Part shown: in pieces, positions 1 through 13,150 of the stretch
Numbering within the stretch: the stretch's first letter is position 1
Layout of the letters: every line of letters starts with the position of its first letter
Assembly (NCBI RefSeq): GCF_009914755.1
Contig: NC_060929.1
Reading direction: 5' to 3' (one strand)
Length of the DNA: 64,000 nucleotides
DNA from: the human T2T-CHM13v2.0 reference genome, Homo sapiens
Notes under the pieces: generated by a model
Told to the model about the DNA's origin: nothing
The model's database searches: none
Seen by the model: the letters and a program-made list of their open reading frames with translations, nothing else
Position numbers and translations under genes: made by a program

Positions 1-1490
1 AAGTTATCATTTTTTAATGAAATATAATTTCCCATCTGAATGGGCACAGAATAAGTTATTTAAAAAATCAAGAAGTAGCACTGGTGGTTTTTAGACTTTC
101 CCTTCTTCTAATTATCACAATTCATACCTTCCCATTATCCCTACATAAAACACCACCAGGTTTGATATCAGCAAAAGTTACAGTATATTTTATGTAATTA
201 CTCTTTTTTATAATAATAGGACATCTCCTGTTTGTTTATAGCTCTCACTAGATCATCGACGTAGTTTCTGTTAGATTTATAGTAAAAATTAACAAGCACA
301 GAAAACAGAATGGAGAAAATGTAACATATAGTTATTGTACCACCCTGGAATTTAGAAATTAAGCAGGGTTCCATTATGTTCCAAAGACAACATATGTTAA
401 TAAACGACTGCGTGAGCTCTTCATATTTTTATTTCTGGAAAATAAGTGCAAATTGTTGACAGCATTTATTCTTTGATCAAACTGTTTACCAAGAAAACAT
501 GAATTAAGAGAAAACAATAAAGTGAATATATTCATTACTGAAAAAATTGCAACCATATGTGAGGAGAGGCTTTATCAGGGCACAATCAATTAATGGCTTT
601 GATAATAATCAAACCTATTCATTCAGTTACGCATTCTGGAGAAAAACACTCTCCGCAATCTTCTTAGGAGTACAAGTCTCCTGACCAGGCTTTTATCTCT
701 TATAAAAATGTGGAATTCCTTAAAAATAAATTGGCCAGACAGTTAAAGCTGATTAGTTACCGGTTCTTAAGCAGAGACATAATAAATTGATGAAGAATTT
801 CGCAGTTTTTCATATACAAAAAAATAGAATTATGTTAGAAAACTTTAAAGAAGTACTTCTGTTTGGAGAATTTTCCTTTGTTCAGAGTTCATTTCAAAAG
901 CCCTGTTTAAAAAACCGAACTTAGGAGTTACTATAGTGTAGCATTGGCAGCTTTTACAGTGTATGACTGAAAAGGTTTACAAACTTTCTAAAACAAAAGG
1001 AAAATTAACTCATAGGGTATTTTGGTATCTAGGACAATACTTAATATTCTCATTGTGCTAAAATGAAAAGAACCAAAACTAAAGCATCTGCCGAATTCGA
1101 GACTGGATTGTTTGCTGATTTCAGCAATGGAACAAATAGAGCTTTGTCTTCCTTGGTGTCAATGCAATTGGAAAGAATTTCAATAGAAAGTATAAAAGGA
1201 AGAAGCGGTATGGTGATTCAGTTAATGGAAGCAAAATCCTTAGCCAAATCATATAAAAAGCACAGTTTCAAAAAATGTCTGTGAAAACAAAGAAAAATGC
1301 CATACCCTTTCCCCCAGGTTTCACTTTCAGGAAGGTAGGAGGAAAATTCATTGTTGTTAGCAAAGGCAGGCCAGATGCATTGAGTTGTGAATCAGTTAAG
1401 AATAAACACACACATTTTTTTTAAAACCCTCAAAAATAAATCAAATTTAACACAATTTTGGATTCAGAGCCCAAAGAAATGCCTACTTAC

Positions 1491-1593
1491 AACGTGAAGA
1501 CTTTATTCCACTCAGGATTGAGATTTTTGTAGACAGTATGTGTTAGCAGTCTATCGTTGTTCAGTTCTACCACACAAAATGGGTCACTTTTTC
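1491..1593 (-). CDS. MCTP1: MCTP1 exon, 103 nt, C2C domain: (G)[33 protein letters not shown](F)
   Basis: Acceptor ctcttgtag|GA, donor TT|gtaagt; phase 1 to 2; open frame with C2 motifs. Confidence 0.97.
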
Positions 1594-3317
1594 CTACAAG
1601 AGATTTTTGGTAAATATTTTTAGTGTACATAGCACCCACAGTTCACAGTGTCAAGATCATGACCATATCTCTTTTGCAAAAAGTTTTATAGTAAACAAAA
1701 AAGTGAAGTACAATTTTAAAAATTAAAAAAAGAAACCACCATCAAAATAGAGTTAGATGTAACTGGTTGATGTTAGCAATTGTTATGATTCATAGCAATT
1801 TAGAGCCTGAAAAAAGTAAAAGAGACAAAATTATATAGCTGGCACTTCAATTTGCAATTTTTTAAAGCAAAAATAATTCTATAACCGGCAATTATGATGG
1901 AGAATGTGATGCATGTCCATCCCTAAATCAGTTTTTATAGAAATCTGTAAGAGCCGTTTGAAAAGTTCAGCCCCTTCACTCTAAGGCATATATTTTTTCA
2001 ACTCATCTGATTCACTATTAACTTGTAACAGGGATTTCTAATCAAATTTATTCAGGAAAAACTACTATATTGCAAAATTATAATATTTTAATTGGACTAA
2101 GATTGAGTTACTTTCTTCTGAGATATCTATGACATCACAAGAAGGTAAATTAGACCCTCTGAGGCAGAAAAAAAATCTACCATTTGAAACTAAACATCAA
2201 CAACCAATATGCATGTTAAAGAGCAGTATTTTTTTTTTTTCTATTCACTGAAAATAAAGGGTTTAGAAATTATCATCTGTTTATAACAACTCTGTCCTGC
2301 CATACTCAAATCTCATCCTTTCGGCAATTACATTTTGTGAAGTCCTTAATATTTTTGTAATGTTATGCCCTGTATTATAAGAACCCATAAAGTCAGAGGC
2401 TCTATGGGGCCAGCATTAATGATATTAGTGCAGCATGTAATTTGTTTGATACCTTATACAAATGACAATGAAATCAATATTTAGACAAAGCTGTCCAGAG
2501 GTCATATCTTTTAAACTACAATATTGATTTAGACTACATAAGAGGTTAATGTGCATATTATTAACTTTAATGATAAAGAATAATTGTTTTAAATGCATTG
2601 TGAATTGTAGTCACAGTAGTTTACACTTCTGCAAAAGCTTAAATATCATTGAAGATTTTCTATTAAATTTTAATGGGAAGGAATTCATTAGCTATCAGTG
2701 ACAGATAAGCTATGTATTCCCATACAGCAGTGTATTTACTTTCCATATTGCAATTCTTAAAATGAGCTGTACAAACTTTGACTCACCTTTAATTTATTAA
2801 CTTTATATTAAAAAAGAGATTTAATATGTGTGTGTTAGTTCAGTGGCCTTATATGTCCCAGGATAACTGCATAATTTAACATCATGGTAGTCTTCTCAAT
2901 TTTGGGTCTTGGGAACAATTTTAAATAAAGAATAGAGAACTGGAAGTCTTAAAGGTCTGGTGAAAATTGTACTTCTGGCTTAGGATCTGTATTATCTTTT
3001 TTTCCTCCAATCGTCTTTATCCTCTTGCCTACATGTTACCACCCTCACTTTCAACTCACACACCCCATGGAAGATAGTGTTCAAAAAAGAATATTTTGTT
3101 CATTAAAACACGTAGCAATAGGTTTTATGTGGCACATCAACAACTTTATTTTCTCCCACGGAATTCAGATATAAGCATAAACAGGCAGATTCAAATAGTT
3201 TTCCAAATAGAGTTAAATGTAAGATACTAGGCAACACCTTTCAATATAAGCGTGCCACATCTTAGGTAGGTAGTAGGTCACACGCATAGGAAATGCTGGG
3301 TAATGTTTTGACTGTCG

Positions 3318-4022
3318 GTTCAATCAACTAACAAATATTTATTACTTACCATGTAGCAGGCAGTGTTCTATTTGTTGGGGAAACAGCAGTGAATTAAACA
3401 ATTTTTTAAAAATCCCTGACTTCATGGAGTTTACATTGAAGAAGAAGACAGACAAGAAATACATTTTATAGTATCTTAGAAGGTGATAAATACTATGGGA
3501 AAAAACAAAGATGGGAAAGGTAAAAGGGAGTGTTGGTATGTATATGCAGTTTTTAAAAGGGCTGCAGAGAAAGTCGTGCTAAGACAGTGACATGCAGGCA
3601 AAGAAATGAAGGAGGTGAGTCTTGGGTGACCCAGAGGAACCGACAGTGGAAAGACCAGAGAAGTGGCTGTGCCAGGCATTTCCAGGAATATCCAGGAAGC
3701 CGGTGTGGCTGGAGGAATGTTCTGGGGAGATTGGACAGGTGGGGGGTTGGAGGGGTGGTAGTAGGTGACACAGACAGGTCTGGAGATAGTGGCAGGTCTC
3801 TGAAAAAACTTGGCTTTAACTCTCATTAATGGGGGAGGTTTTGAGGGATTTGATTTGAGGAGTGACATGCTCTGATGGCTGCTATTTGGAAAATAAGGTA
3901 GAGAAAGGACAATGGAGGGGTAGGAAGAAGAGTTAGGAGGCAATTGCAATAATCTAGGTGGTGGAACGTGGTTAGATTCTGGATATATTTTGAAGGGAAA
4001 ATCAACAGGATTTGCAGATGTC
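3318..4022 (-). mobile_element. LINE-2 3' fragment
   Basis: Begins with the reverse L2 tail (caacaaatatttatt..., gtagcaggcagtgttcta); purine-rich body ending gattctggatatattttgaagg. Confidence 0.85.
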
Positions 4023-5225
4023 AATATTTAATCACCTAATATACCCTCATATTATTATTTGACGCTGAAAAACAATTCACTGAGCTTAGCCAAGTCAGTT
4101 CTTTTTTTTTTTTTTCCAAGGAGAATAAGCATTCAACAAGGTGCTCAGACTAGATATTTCTAGAATCTGACAAAGAGGAAAGTTTAGGTTAAGGAGAAAG
4201 CAGGCAATTTTATGTTTACTTTTCTATTCATCTTTTCCTTTTAAAAAGTTCTCTTTTTACAGTTATCATTAATGGATGCTAACATCAGGTCTTTCCACAC
4301 TATGTTATGTTTGACTTATTTAGGAAGTATCCTCCTGTCACTGCATGATTCAAGGGCAATTAAAAATTAACAGCAATTTCAACCAAAATACTAGTAAATG
4401 TACAACATCAAATTCTGCAAACTTACCACTAAAAAGCATGGACTATAGTTGTATTTTTAAAAAGTGACTACACATAGTTAATATGCTTATCTGGTTTGCT
4501 AAATAATCCTTTAAATGACTGGCTTTTCAGACCTAAATTTTACAGCTTTGATTATCTGCCACTTAAACAAACAAAACCAATCAGAGAAATACTAGTGATG
4601 GACCTAACCATTAATTATCTCCTTAATTATTCCTTCCTTTCATCCTTTTATCATTCCATTTAGGCCCTCTGATAGGCTGCTCTGCTTGCTGGGAGTACCT
4701 GGGTTGTGGGGTTGATTCTAGGATGAAGTTGATGTCTCTAAAGTGCACTATATTCTGCAAAGTTCCAGACAGTGGTATAAAGAAGTCCTCTGTAATGTTT
4801 TTATTCAATACCGTGTGGCTAGAAGTGCAAAGAATGAAGGCAGCATCCAAAGTTGAGGGATATTTTGTTTCTGATAATTTTTGAGAGCCTAAATATATGA
4901 GAACACAGATTATATAATCTATTTTTCTCTCTCTCACTCATTTTTGTCACAAGACTAAAGCAGACCAGTGGGTATCAAATGGCTCTTCCTGAAGCCCCAT
5001 TATTTTGGCTAAAAAGAGTCAATCCCTCTCCCTAGCAATGCTAGAAACTGGAGAATTTGGTTTGGATAGAAAATAGAAATGGTGGCAGTGCTGGTTGAGG
5101 GCAGGGGCTGTGGGATTGATTGCTTTAACCACCATGACAGCTAGGAAGGAAATCAGCGTTCCTTGAGGACACGGCAATTTTCCATGTTGACAATTTTCTA
5201 GAGAGAAATAGGAATGCTTTTTGAA

Positions 5226-5425
5226 GCATTCATTACTTATCGAGTGGCTGCTCTGCTCACCCCAGAATTATAAGTATGATTAAGACATAGTCCAGCTCTC
5301 AAGGCATGCACAGTTTAGAGGACATGATAGACATGTAAATACACAATTATGAGGCAGAGTTGTAAGGGCTGTAATAAAGGTAAGTGAAGGGTGCAACAGG
5401 AGCAAGGAGAAGGAGGCATGCTATT
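5226..5425 (-). mobile_element. LINE-2 3' fragment
   Basis: cattcattacttatcgagtg ... gacatagtccagctctcaagg, typical degenerate L2 end. Confidence 0.65.
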
Positions 5426-7011
5426 CTATAACTCCAGAACATAAAGAGGGAAAGGAAGCAAAGACTTTTCCAGTGGCTATGACTCTGGTGATCTATGGTG
5501 ATTGTACAGCTCTATCACAGTGCTTTTAAAAGTGAAGGATAATGACATAAAAAGTAGGCTGACATTTTACGATGAGGAATATTTTGCTTAAATGTATTTG
5601 TATATTCCTTTAATAGTCTCTATAATACAAAAACCTAGATATGTGTTACCTAACTACTATAAACTAGATACATAAAAATATTACATGAAGACTCATACTT
5701 TTATCCATAATCTAGTTAAATACTAAGGGCTATTTTTTCCTATGGATCTTTGTTTTTTTTTAAATCTCCCATGAGAATTAACACTTGAGAGACTCTTTTA
5801 CCCTAACTCATAAAACAGAATCTATAACAGAATTTAAAGCATATATTCTATTGTCCCAATCCTTTTTTGGGGGTGAAAAGCCATTTCTACAACAATAAAA
5901 CAAACATCAGAATTGTCTCCAATGGGCGTCTTTTCTGGCAATCTTCAAAACGGCACCAAGGATTAAATGGGGTGCACTGACTGGCTAATTCTCTCTCACT
6001 CTTAGTCCTTGCTCTTTGAGGTCACGACACTGACATATTGATAAAGAACTGTGGGAAAGTCTGTACCGCCCCTGCTCACTTGCTACCTGTTTTGTGGGCA
6101 AGTGGATGACTTCAGTTTGTACAAACTACTGGTTTGAGCATTAAAGTGACTCAAAAGATACTGAATGATATTCTTGCTCCCGGAATATAGAGTTAATCCT
6201 GATCCATCAGTGGTGGGCTTTGTCCAGGGTCATTTTGCTGCTGACAAGTAGCACAGTTTGCTGGATGTGATGTGTTATAAAAATGTGTGTGTATGGGGAC
6301 CCAGTGACCACCTCTTTGTTGCCATGTCTGAAAACACAGAAGGCTTTCAATAGCATGGAAAGCAATTCATACCCATGGGGGCCTTTTATTTTGGGCCTAC
6401 CTTGTACAAATTAAGTTCTTTCATTTAATTTTCTCAGTTGCCACAGTTTGAAATAACTATATTTTAATCCTTTAAAAAATATAATCAAGGTTGCCATCTA
6501 TCCCTTATAGAAACTGGAATTTCAATCATAACATATAATAATGTTATAGTTGAGGGAATTCCATCGTGTCCACCAGAACAGAAAGCAGCATATGTTGAAG
6601 ACATCTTCCATCCTCCTTTTATCACTGGAGATGGGGCTTTGGCCTTATCCTTTTCCATCAACTGACCTAAACATATTTTAAACATCTGATTGGTAGAATT
6701 ATATTAACTCACACTTTAACTAGGTCCCCACTGGGTCTGATTCTGGGACTGAATAATAATAATAAGACTTCTTTTTTTCTCACTGAGTCATGAAGCAGAT
6801 TTCATTATGGCAAGAAAATTGACACCCTAGAGTTGTGGCTTTCAACCTACTAGATCTAATACTTTTTTTTCATATTGAAGATTTTGTAATGTCCTTTTTA
6901 CTATCCTGGAATAAAACTGACTGACACACAATTTCAAATTTTAATATAATACCAGAACTGTATTATAAAGGAGGACTAAATAGAAAGTTGTTTACAATAA
7001 AATCATACATT

Positions 7012-7572
7012 GACTTATTCAACAAATATTTATTGAGTGCTTATTATGTGCCAGGCCATATGAACAGAAAAGGGAAATGTGTCTGCTGTCTTCAAATTTA
7101 CTTATAGTGGGAATGGAGGAGAAAGAGAATAAATACCGAACATGGTTACTAGATATATTGTATGTTAGAGAGTGCTACGTGTTAATTAAAAAAAACAGGT
7201 AAAAATAGAGTAAGAAAAGGGGTTTGGAGAGGGTAGAGGAGGGGCACTGCTTATAGATTTAATTGGGGTGGTCAGAATGGGCCTCATTGAGAAGGTGAGG
7301 TCTGAGCAAAGAACTGAAGGGGGTAAAGGAGTAGCCAAGTAGAAAAGTGGAGAAAAGTAGAGAAACACTTCTGGAGAAAAGTGATCCAGGTAGAGAAAGA
7401 GCTAGACCAAAAGCCTGCTGTGCTTGAGGCCTCTGATACTGGGGCAGGGTGTGCAATGGGAAGGTTAGTAGAAGATGTCAGAGAAGTAATGGGGAATAAG
7501 GTAATTAAGTGCCTTGGACACCATCTTAAGGTCTTTGGTGTATACTGTGTGAAATGGCAGCCATTTGCAAGG
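7012..7572 (-). mobile_element. LINE-2 3' fragment
   Basis: ttattcaacaaatatttattgagtgcttattatgtgccagg diagnostic L2 terminus. Confidence 0.88.
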
Positions 7573-7699
7573 CTTGAATCAATAATAGTATGTATTTCAG
7601 GATGCAATCTAGGCTTAGACAATCATGAAACAGATTTTAAACGTAAATCAATAGCTATATTTAAATGCAGGATTAAATTTTCATTATGTAAATTTTCAT

Positions 7700-7842
7700 T
7701 ATGCAGGACATTTAGCATCCCCAACCCCAGCTACCAAACACCAGTATGCTCCCCAGTCATTATGGCAACTAAAATTCCCTCAAAAATCTCCAAACACCCA
7801 CTGGGGCAATACTACCCTCCTCCTAATTGATAATCATTGTCT
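7700..7842 (-). mobile_element. MER20-like hAT DNA transposon fossil
   Basis: gcaggacatttagcatccc...ggcaactaaaa...ctggggcaa resembles reverse MER20. Confidence 0.6.
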
Positions 7843-7844
7843 AA

Positions 7845-8190
7845 CAGCAATAATTCTTAAACATTTTGATCTTAGGAACTCTTAAAAATTATTGAGGATC
7901 TCAAACAGTTTTTATGTGGGCTATATCTATCAAAATGTACCCATGTTAGAAATGAAAACATTAAAAATATTTATTAATTCACTAGAAATAATAAATCCAT
8001 GACCTGTTAACATTGGAGTAATCAAAGATTATGTAGCCCTTGGAAAACTCCATTGTACACTCATGAAAGAATAAGAATAAAAAAGGCAAATAATATATTA
8101 GTATTATTATGAAGATAGTTTTGGCTTCAGAGATCCCTGAACGGGTCTTGGGGATCCCCAGAGGTTCCTGAACCACACCCTGAGACCCAA
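7845..8190. mobile_element. hAT-Charlie-type DNA transposon fossil (subfamily unassigned)
   Basis: ctcttaaaaattattgagga...tatgtgggctatatctatc and gggatccccagaggttcctgaaccacaccctgag termini. Confidence 0.6.
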
Positions 8191-9331
8191 AGCTAATGGA
8201 AATAGGTAAAGCTCAATGTAAATATGAATTTATTTCCCCTGGGATATAGAACTATCTGCAAAAGAATATTTACAGAATTGTGTGTAACTAGATGCATTCT
8301 TGAGTCTTGGAATTGAACCATATTGATATATGTTGGGAAGCTCAAAATTTATGACAGAAGAATAAGAAGGGAAAGGAGACAGATGAGAAACTGGAAAAGA
8401 AAGAGGAAGGAGACTATGGGACCTATAAAATGAGAAGAGGCCGTGAGAAAATTATGCCTAAGCTTTTAACAGCTTAGATAAATTATGGTAAGAACATTTA
8501 AATACTTCATTTTCAATTCATATTTAATATAGAAACTATATGCAAGTGATTCGTTACAAGCTTAGAAACACAAAAGTTGTTTGGTCTAAAATGAGAATAA
8601 AAATACATTAGAAGTTCCTTTGTTTTTGCAAGGCTTGTTAGATACTTTAGGACTTATAGTAAATATATACTCAATTAGACCTTCCTGCAGAAAAGCATGA
8701 GGCTTCAGATAAGCTTTCCTATAAGTAAACTAATTAGCTGGAGAGACCTTTTGCAGTGAAATAACTTTTTTATGCTTAAAAAAATTAAGTCCTCTATTAG
8801 GTGATTAAACATTTTAAATACATTTTTAAAAACCAATTAAAGGCAATAACTGAAAATTGTCATCTGTTAAGTCTTTGCCTTTAGAATAACGTCTTTGTCT
8901 CTTTATTCCTCTTTTACAAAATATCTCATCCAGGAATCTGTTATTTATCTTGGTAACTGCTACAGTATCTTAGAATCTGAAGGCTTGGAAATAAATCTTA
9001 GAGGTCAAGTTCAAAACTTCATCCAGGGCTTGCATCATCTCTGCAACCAGGTGGTCCTTCAGGCTCTGCTTCGAAAGTTTTAGTAATGTGGAAATCATTA
9101 CTTCTACAAGAATCTTTGGATCTATTTTTTGTTGGCAAATGTAATTTGTGGAAAATGTTTCTTCACGTCATGTATAAAATTATGTCTCTGTAGCTTTTTA
9201 TCTATTCTATAATTTGCCTTCTGTAGTAATTAGAAAATCTTAATGAAATGATAGGCATGAAGGGAGGGTACAGCATCTATCACATAGGGAATATGTGATC
9301 AATGTTCATTATCTGCTGTCCTCTGCTGGAC

Positions 9332-9785
9332 ACTGTGGATGGCTTGCTGAGCATCCATTCCAACTATTTGCTAGTGTCTCTTCCTGATCTATAGAGGATA
9401 TTAAGCCTAAAGTGACATTTCTAGATTCTCTTGCAGCTAGAGATGTAGATGTGATTTAGGTTGCATGAATCAGATGTTCTTGCCTAAGACTTGATATTAG
9501 AATTCAATTAAGTGAGAGCACGTGGAGTTAATTTTACTGCTGCAGACTGCAAGCAGGGGTCATGTATCAGTTGTCACAGTGTCTTCTCAACTCGTTAATG
9601 TCAACAACTCCTTGGTTCTGCCATGTGGCTTTAGTACTAACCTCCAGAGACTGAACTTAGAGTCTCTTTTCTTAGGCCCTTCCTGCCCCCCAAAGATTCT
9701 GTGATTTAGTTAATATTTTATTATAAATCCCCTTCTGATTAAATTTTCTAGAAGGAAGTTTGCTCTTTGGACCTAAACCTTGGCC
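9332..9785 (+). mobile_element. Old ERVL solo LTR (LTR33/LTR16-like)
   Basis: ctagattctcttgcagctag core motif and ataaatccccttctgattaaa 3' motif. Confidence 0.6.
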
Positions 9786-9909
9786 ATTAACCCTCCTTGC
9801 TAGCTCTTATCTACATTCTCCTCATGACAAGCCTTTGGATAATTGATAAAAGAAATCATATGTTCTCAAGTTCTTCTTTTCTCCAGTACAAATATGTCGG
9901 TGGCTTTTG

Positions 9910-10160
9910 TGGAAAGATCTAGATCAGCATGCCTGCCCTGCCATTTACAAGCTGGTGTGTGTGTGTGTGTTGATCGTGGAAGAGTTACCTAACTTCTCCA
10001 TGCCTCTTCAGTTTTCCAAATTATAAAGTGGGAATAACAATAGTCCCTAATAAGGTTGTTGTGAGATTAGTCATATATGATAATTCTTGCACCAAGCTCA
10101 GGTTAGTGGCTGACATGTGATCAGGGCTCAGTAAATGTTAGTTGTCATTATTATTGTTAT
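9910..10160 (+). mobile_element. MIR SINE with internal (TG)n
   Basis: gttacctaacttctcc..gcctc..agttttc..taaagtgggaataacaatagt..aggttgttgtgagatta core. Confidence 0.8.
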
Positions 10161-10229
10161 TATTGTCATTCCAGCACTATTCTCAATTGACGTGATTTTA
10201 AAACGCCAGATATACCAGTTGAAAATATA

Positions 10230-10850
10230 TTCTGGTTAGTCAATGTCCTTCTTTAAAGAGTATTCACAAACTGGATTCATACCCCAGCATATTTGATGAG
10301 TCCACTCTCAACATTTCACCTTTATTCAATGTAACAGAACTGATGTATGTATAATTTACTCTCATGGAGTTTAAACTCAACTCAAATCCTAAAGTCTTTT
10401 CTTTATTCTCTATGGTTAAAGCAAGATATCACAGTTTAGTACCCAGGAAAGACTTTGGATTTATACTTTTTAATGTTCATCTTGTTGAATTAAGCCTATT
10501 ATTTGTCTGTAGTATAGGATTGTATACATATACTGGTCTCACATAAAATGAATTAAGTAGCCCTCCTAGCAACTTTGATAAGGAAGCAGTCAATTACCTC
10601 CTCAAAGTAATTAGTAAACACATTGAACAGCTTAGACCAAGGACAGAGCCCTGTAACCCACTTGGCATCCCCAGTGACATCAATCCTTTAATAATTACTC
10701 TTTAGGCTTGACTATTTAGTCATTCACGAGTCCAACTATACTATCGTTTAACCCAAGTATCTCTGTAGTAAGTTTTTTTTTTTCAAAAAATCTAGTTAAA
10801 TCTAGATCCTCTCTATTTGTAGCATTTCCTTGATCCGTTGTTCTAGAAAA
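10230..10850. mobile_element. Ancient L3/CR1-like LINE remnant
   Basis: Degenerate motifs such as gaccaaggacagagccctg and aaatctagat; weak, by eye. Confidence 0.4.
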
Positions 10851-12539
10851 TACATCACTTATTTGCACAATTATGTTGCAATGTAACAAAATATTTTTTA
10901 AGTTTAATTTTAAACAATGATTCTAGCATCATGAAGGTATTTCTTCAAGCACTGAGTGAAATCCTAGAGCTAGCCCTCTGAGCCAAATCAGCAATTTGCT
11001 ATTTCTTTACTCAAAGGATCATTTTGTAATCTTTGTTCTACAGAACCTGATTAATTATTTTATAGTATTTCTCTTTCCCTCATTTCCCATTGATAGTGGG
11101 ACCACCACTTTCTCAGCCCATAGTCCTTCACCTCTAGTGCATATCAAACCCAATTATTAATCTCTTTTGTCATCCCACCTATTCTTCCAGGGCAGTATCT
11201 TCTAACCATGTGACCTGCATATGAATCACACATGATTTCTGTAATTCTCTTTAAAACACTGTCTCAGATTCAGGCCTCATCAGCCCTTGTGCTAAATTAT
11301 CATTTTCATTCCTCTTTTTGGAGATATTTGATAACAACTCTTTGGTTTTAGAAGAACACTTTTCCTATAATTAGAATTTGGCTAGGTTTTAAAAATGCAA
11401 TTACTAAAGAAAGTAAGTTTTATTTGTATGTAAGATGTGGTGACATAAAAGAAGGAAGAACAATGATTTGCTTTCTTTCCCTGTGATATTTTTATTTGTT
11501 TAGGCTCATTCTTAAGGAAAAGATTTATATAGTATTAATACATTTATCATGTACATGTATATAATATTGTTTTCTAAACCAGGTATATTACCGTGATAAG
11601 AACAGCAGGTGTTGTATATTTCTGATGCATTATAAATTGGATAAAATGTCTTCTCATGGTACACTATCTGCTTAAAAGTCTTCTATGAGCATAATTATTA
11701 AAAAGCAAATGGAACATTAGCTTATATAATGGGAATAAAGCATACTTTCCTTGAGGAATGTCCTATATATTCTGTGTTAAAGCTTAGGATTTTTGTTTCA
11801 AGCAATATAATTTTCAGATGTTAAGATAGTAAAGTTAAGAAACTATGACTATTTGCACATCCTCTCTTTTATTTGGTAGATTATTTTATCCCTGATAATA
11901 TACCAAGATGAAGGACTTCCACTACATTTTATACAGTTCTTTGAATGAAATTACGTAGAACTTAAAGGATTTATATTTTATCTTCTTCCAACATAAATTT
12001 TAAAGAATGATGGTAATATCTAAGGCTGCATTTATCAGACATCGTTGATTTTATTAAATATGATGATGACAATTAAAGGCACATGCTATTAATTCAAACT
12101 GCTACAATCCTATTTTAAAAAGCAACTTAGCAACTTCTTCCAATTGAGCAATTGTTTTCTACAGGGCACTTGAAGTAACAACTGCATATGTCTTAAGCTA
12201 TTTGCTAGCGTAACCCACCAAAAGTTAATTTTTTTAAAAGGACAATATCTTGTCTATGTCATGTATATGTGCTTGGTATTTCTCCAACTGTATATAAAAC
12301 TTTCAAAGATCAGACTTGCCTTTTTCTGTACAGCTGCCTTTTCATTTTCTTTCTCTGAATAGACCCATAATGTTCAGGGAAAATATCAAGAATAATAAAT
12401 CCAAATCTTTGTATAAAATATACCTTCATGACACACTCAAGCTGGAAATCACAGGAACCAATAAAAATGCAGGCAGCCTCCTGATAATGAGGTCAGAAAT
12501 ACAAATAAATTTACTTTTAATGAAGACTGGAGGCACAGT

Positions 12540-13150
12540 AATCAAAGTGTTAAAATTCATTTCATGCATATCTCATTTGCTTCTTAGCTGATATTTACCA
12601 CGCAATTCTGTGAGAAAGTAGAGGCCTAAGATGCTCCAGATAAATGGCTCAATTAATTGTACAGAGGTAGACCTCTTTGAGCTGAGCCAGAGCTGTGAGC
12701 TCTTTATTAAAAGCACTATTCTGTAGCCCATAACCTTGTTCCTTGACTCCTCTCTGGTTTCCAATTTAAACAAGTCCCCATGCGGCCTGCTCTAAAGGGC
12801 TTTGTCTCCCTGTCATTGTTAAGAGAGCTGAGGCATCCTGGAAGTGTGAAATCAGACCTCATGAGTTGAACGGTTCCCCAGGGAACGCCGGACTGCGCAG
12901 AAGGTCAAAGTCATGGGCCGGACCATCTAAAAGTGTCTGATCGCCGGTCTGTGACACAGCAAGTTGGGGGTGGGGGCTGGGGGGGCGGGAGCTAGACTGA
13001 AGAGGACTGAAATTGAACACATCTTAATTAAAGCCCACAGACAGCAAAACAAAATGTTTTCTAGGCAGCCTGTCAAATGGGGCTTAAATTTAGCTCTGCT
13101 AATGAATCTGAGCTGCTAACTGTTATTTCTTAAGATAATAAGACTCTCAC
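12540..13150. promoter_or_regulatory. Candidate intronic enhancer
   Basis: No recognisable repeat, local CpG excess, EBF palindrome 12875-12884, AGGTCAAAGTCA 12902-12913, SOX-type CATTGT, homeobox TAATT, G-tract. Confidence 0.5.

Noticed and set aside
3476-4024. 182-aa proline-rich minus-strand ORF and overlapping ORFs
   Set aside because: Entirely within a degenerate L2; composition reflects the pyrimidine-rich repeat strand.
7186-7830. Cluster of 60-149 aa ORFs
   Set aside because: Spans L2 and MER fossils; no domain motifs or splice context.
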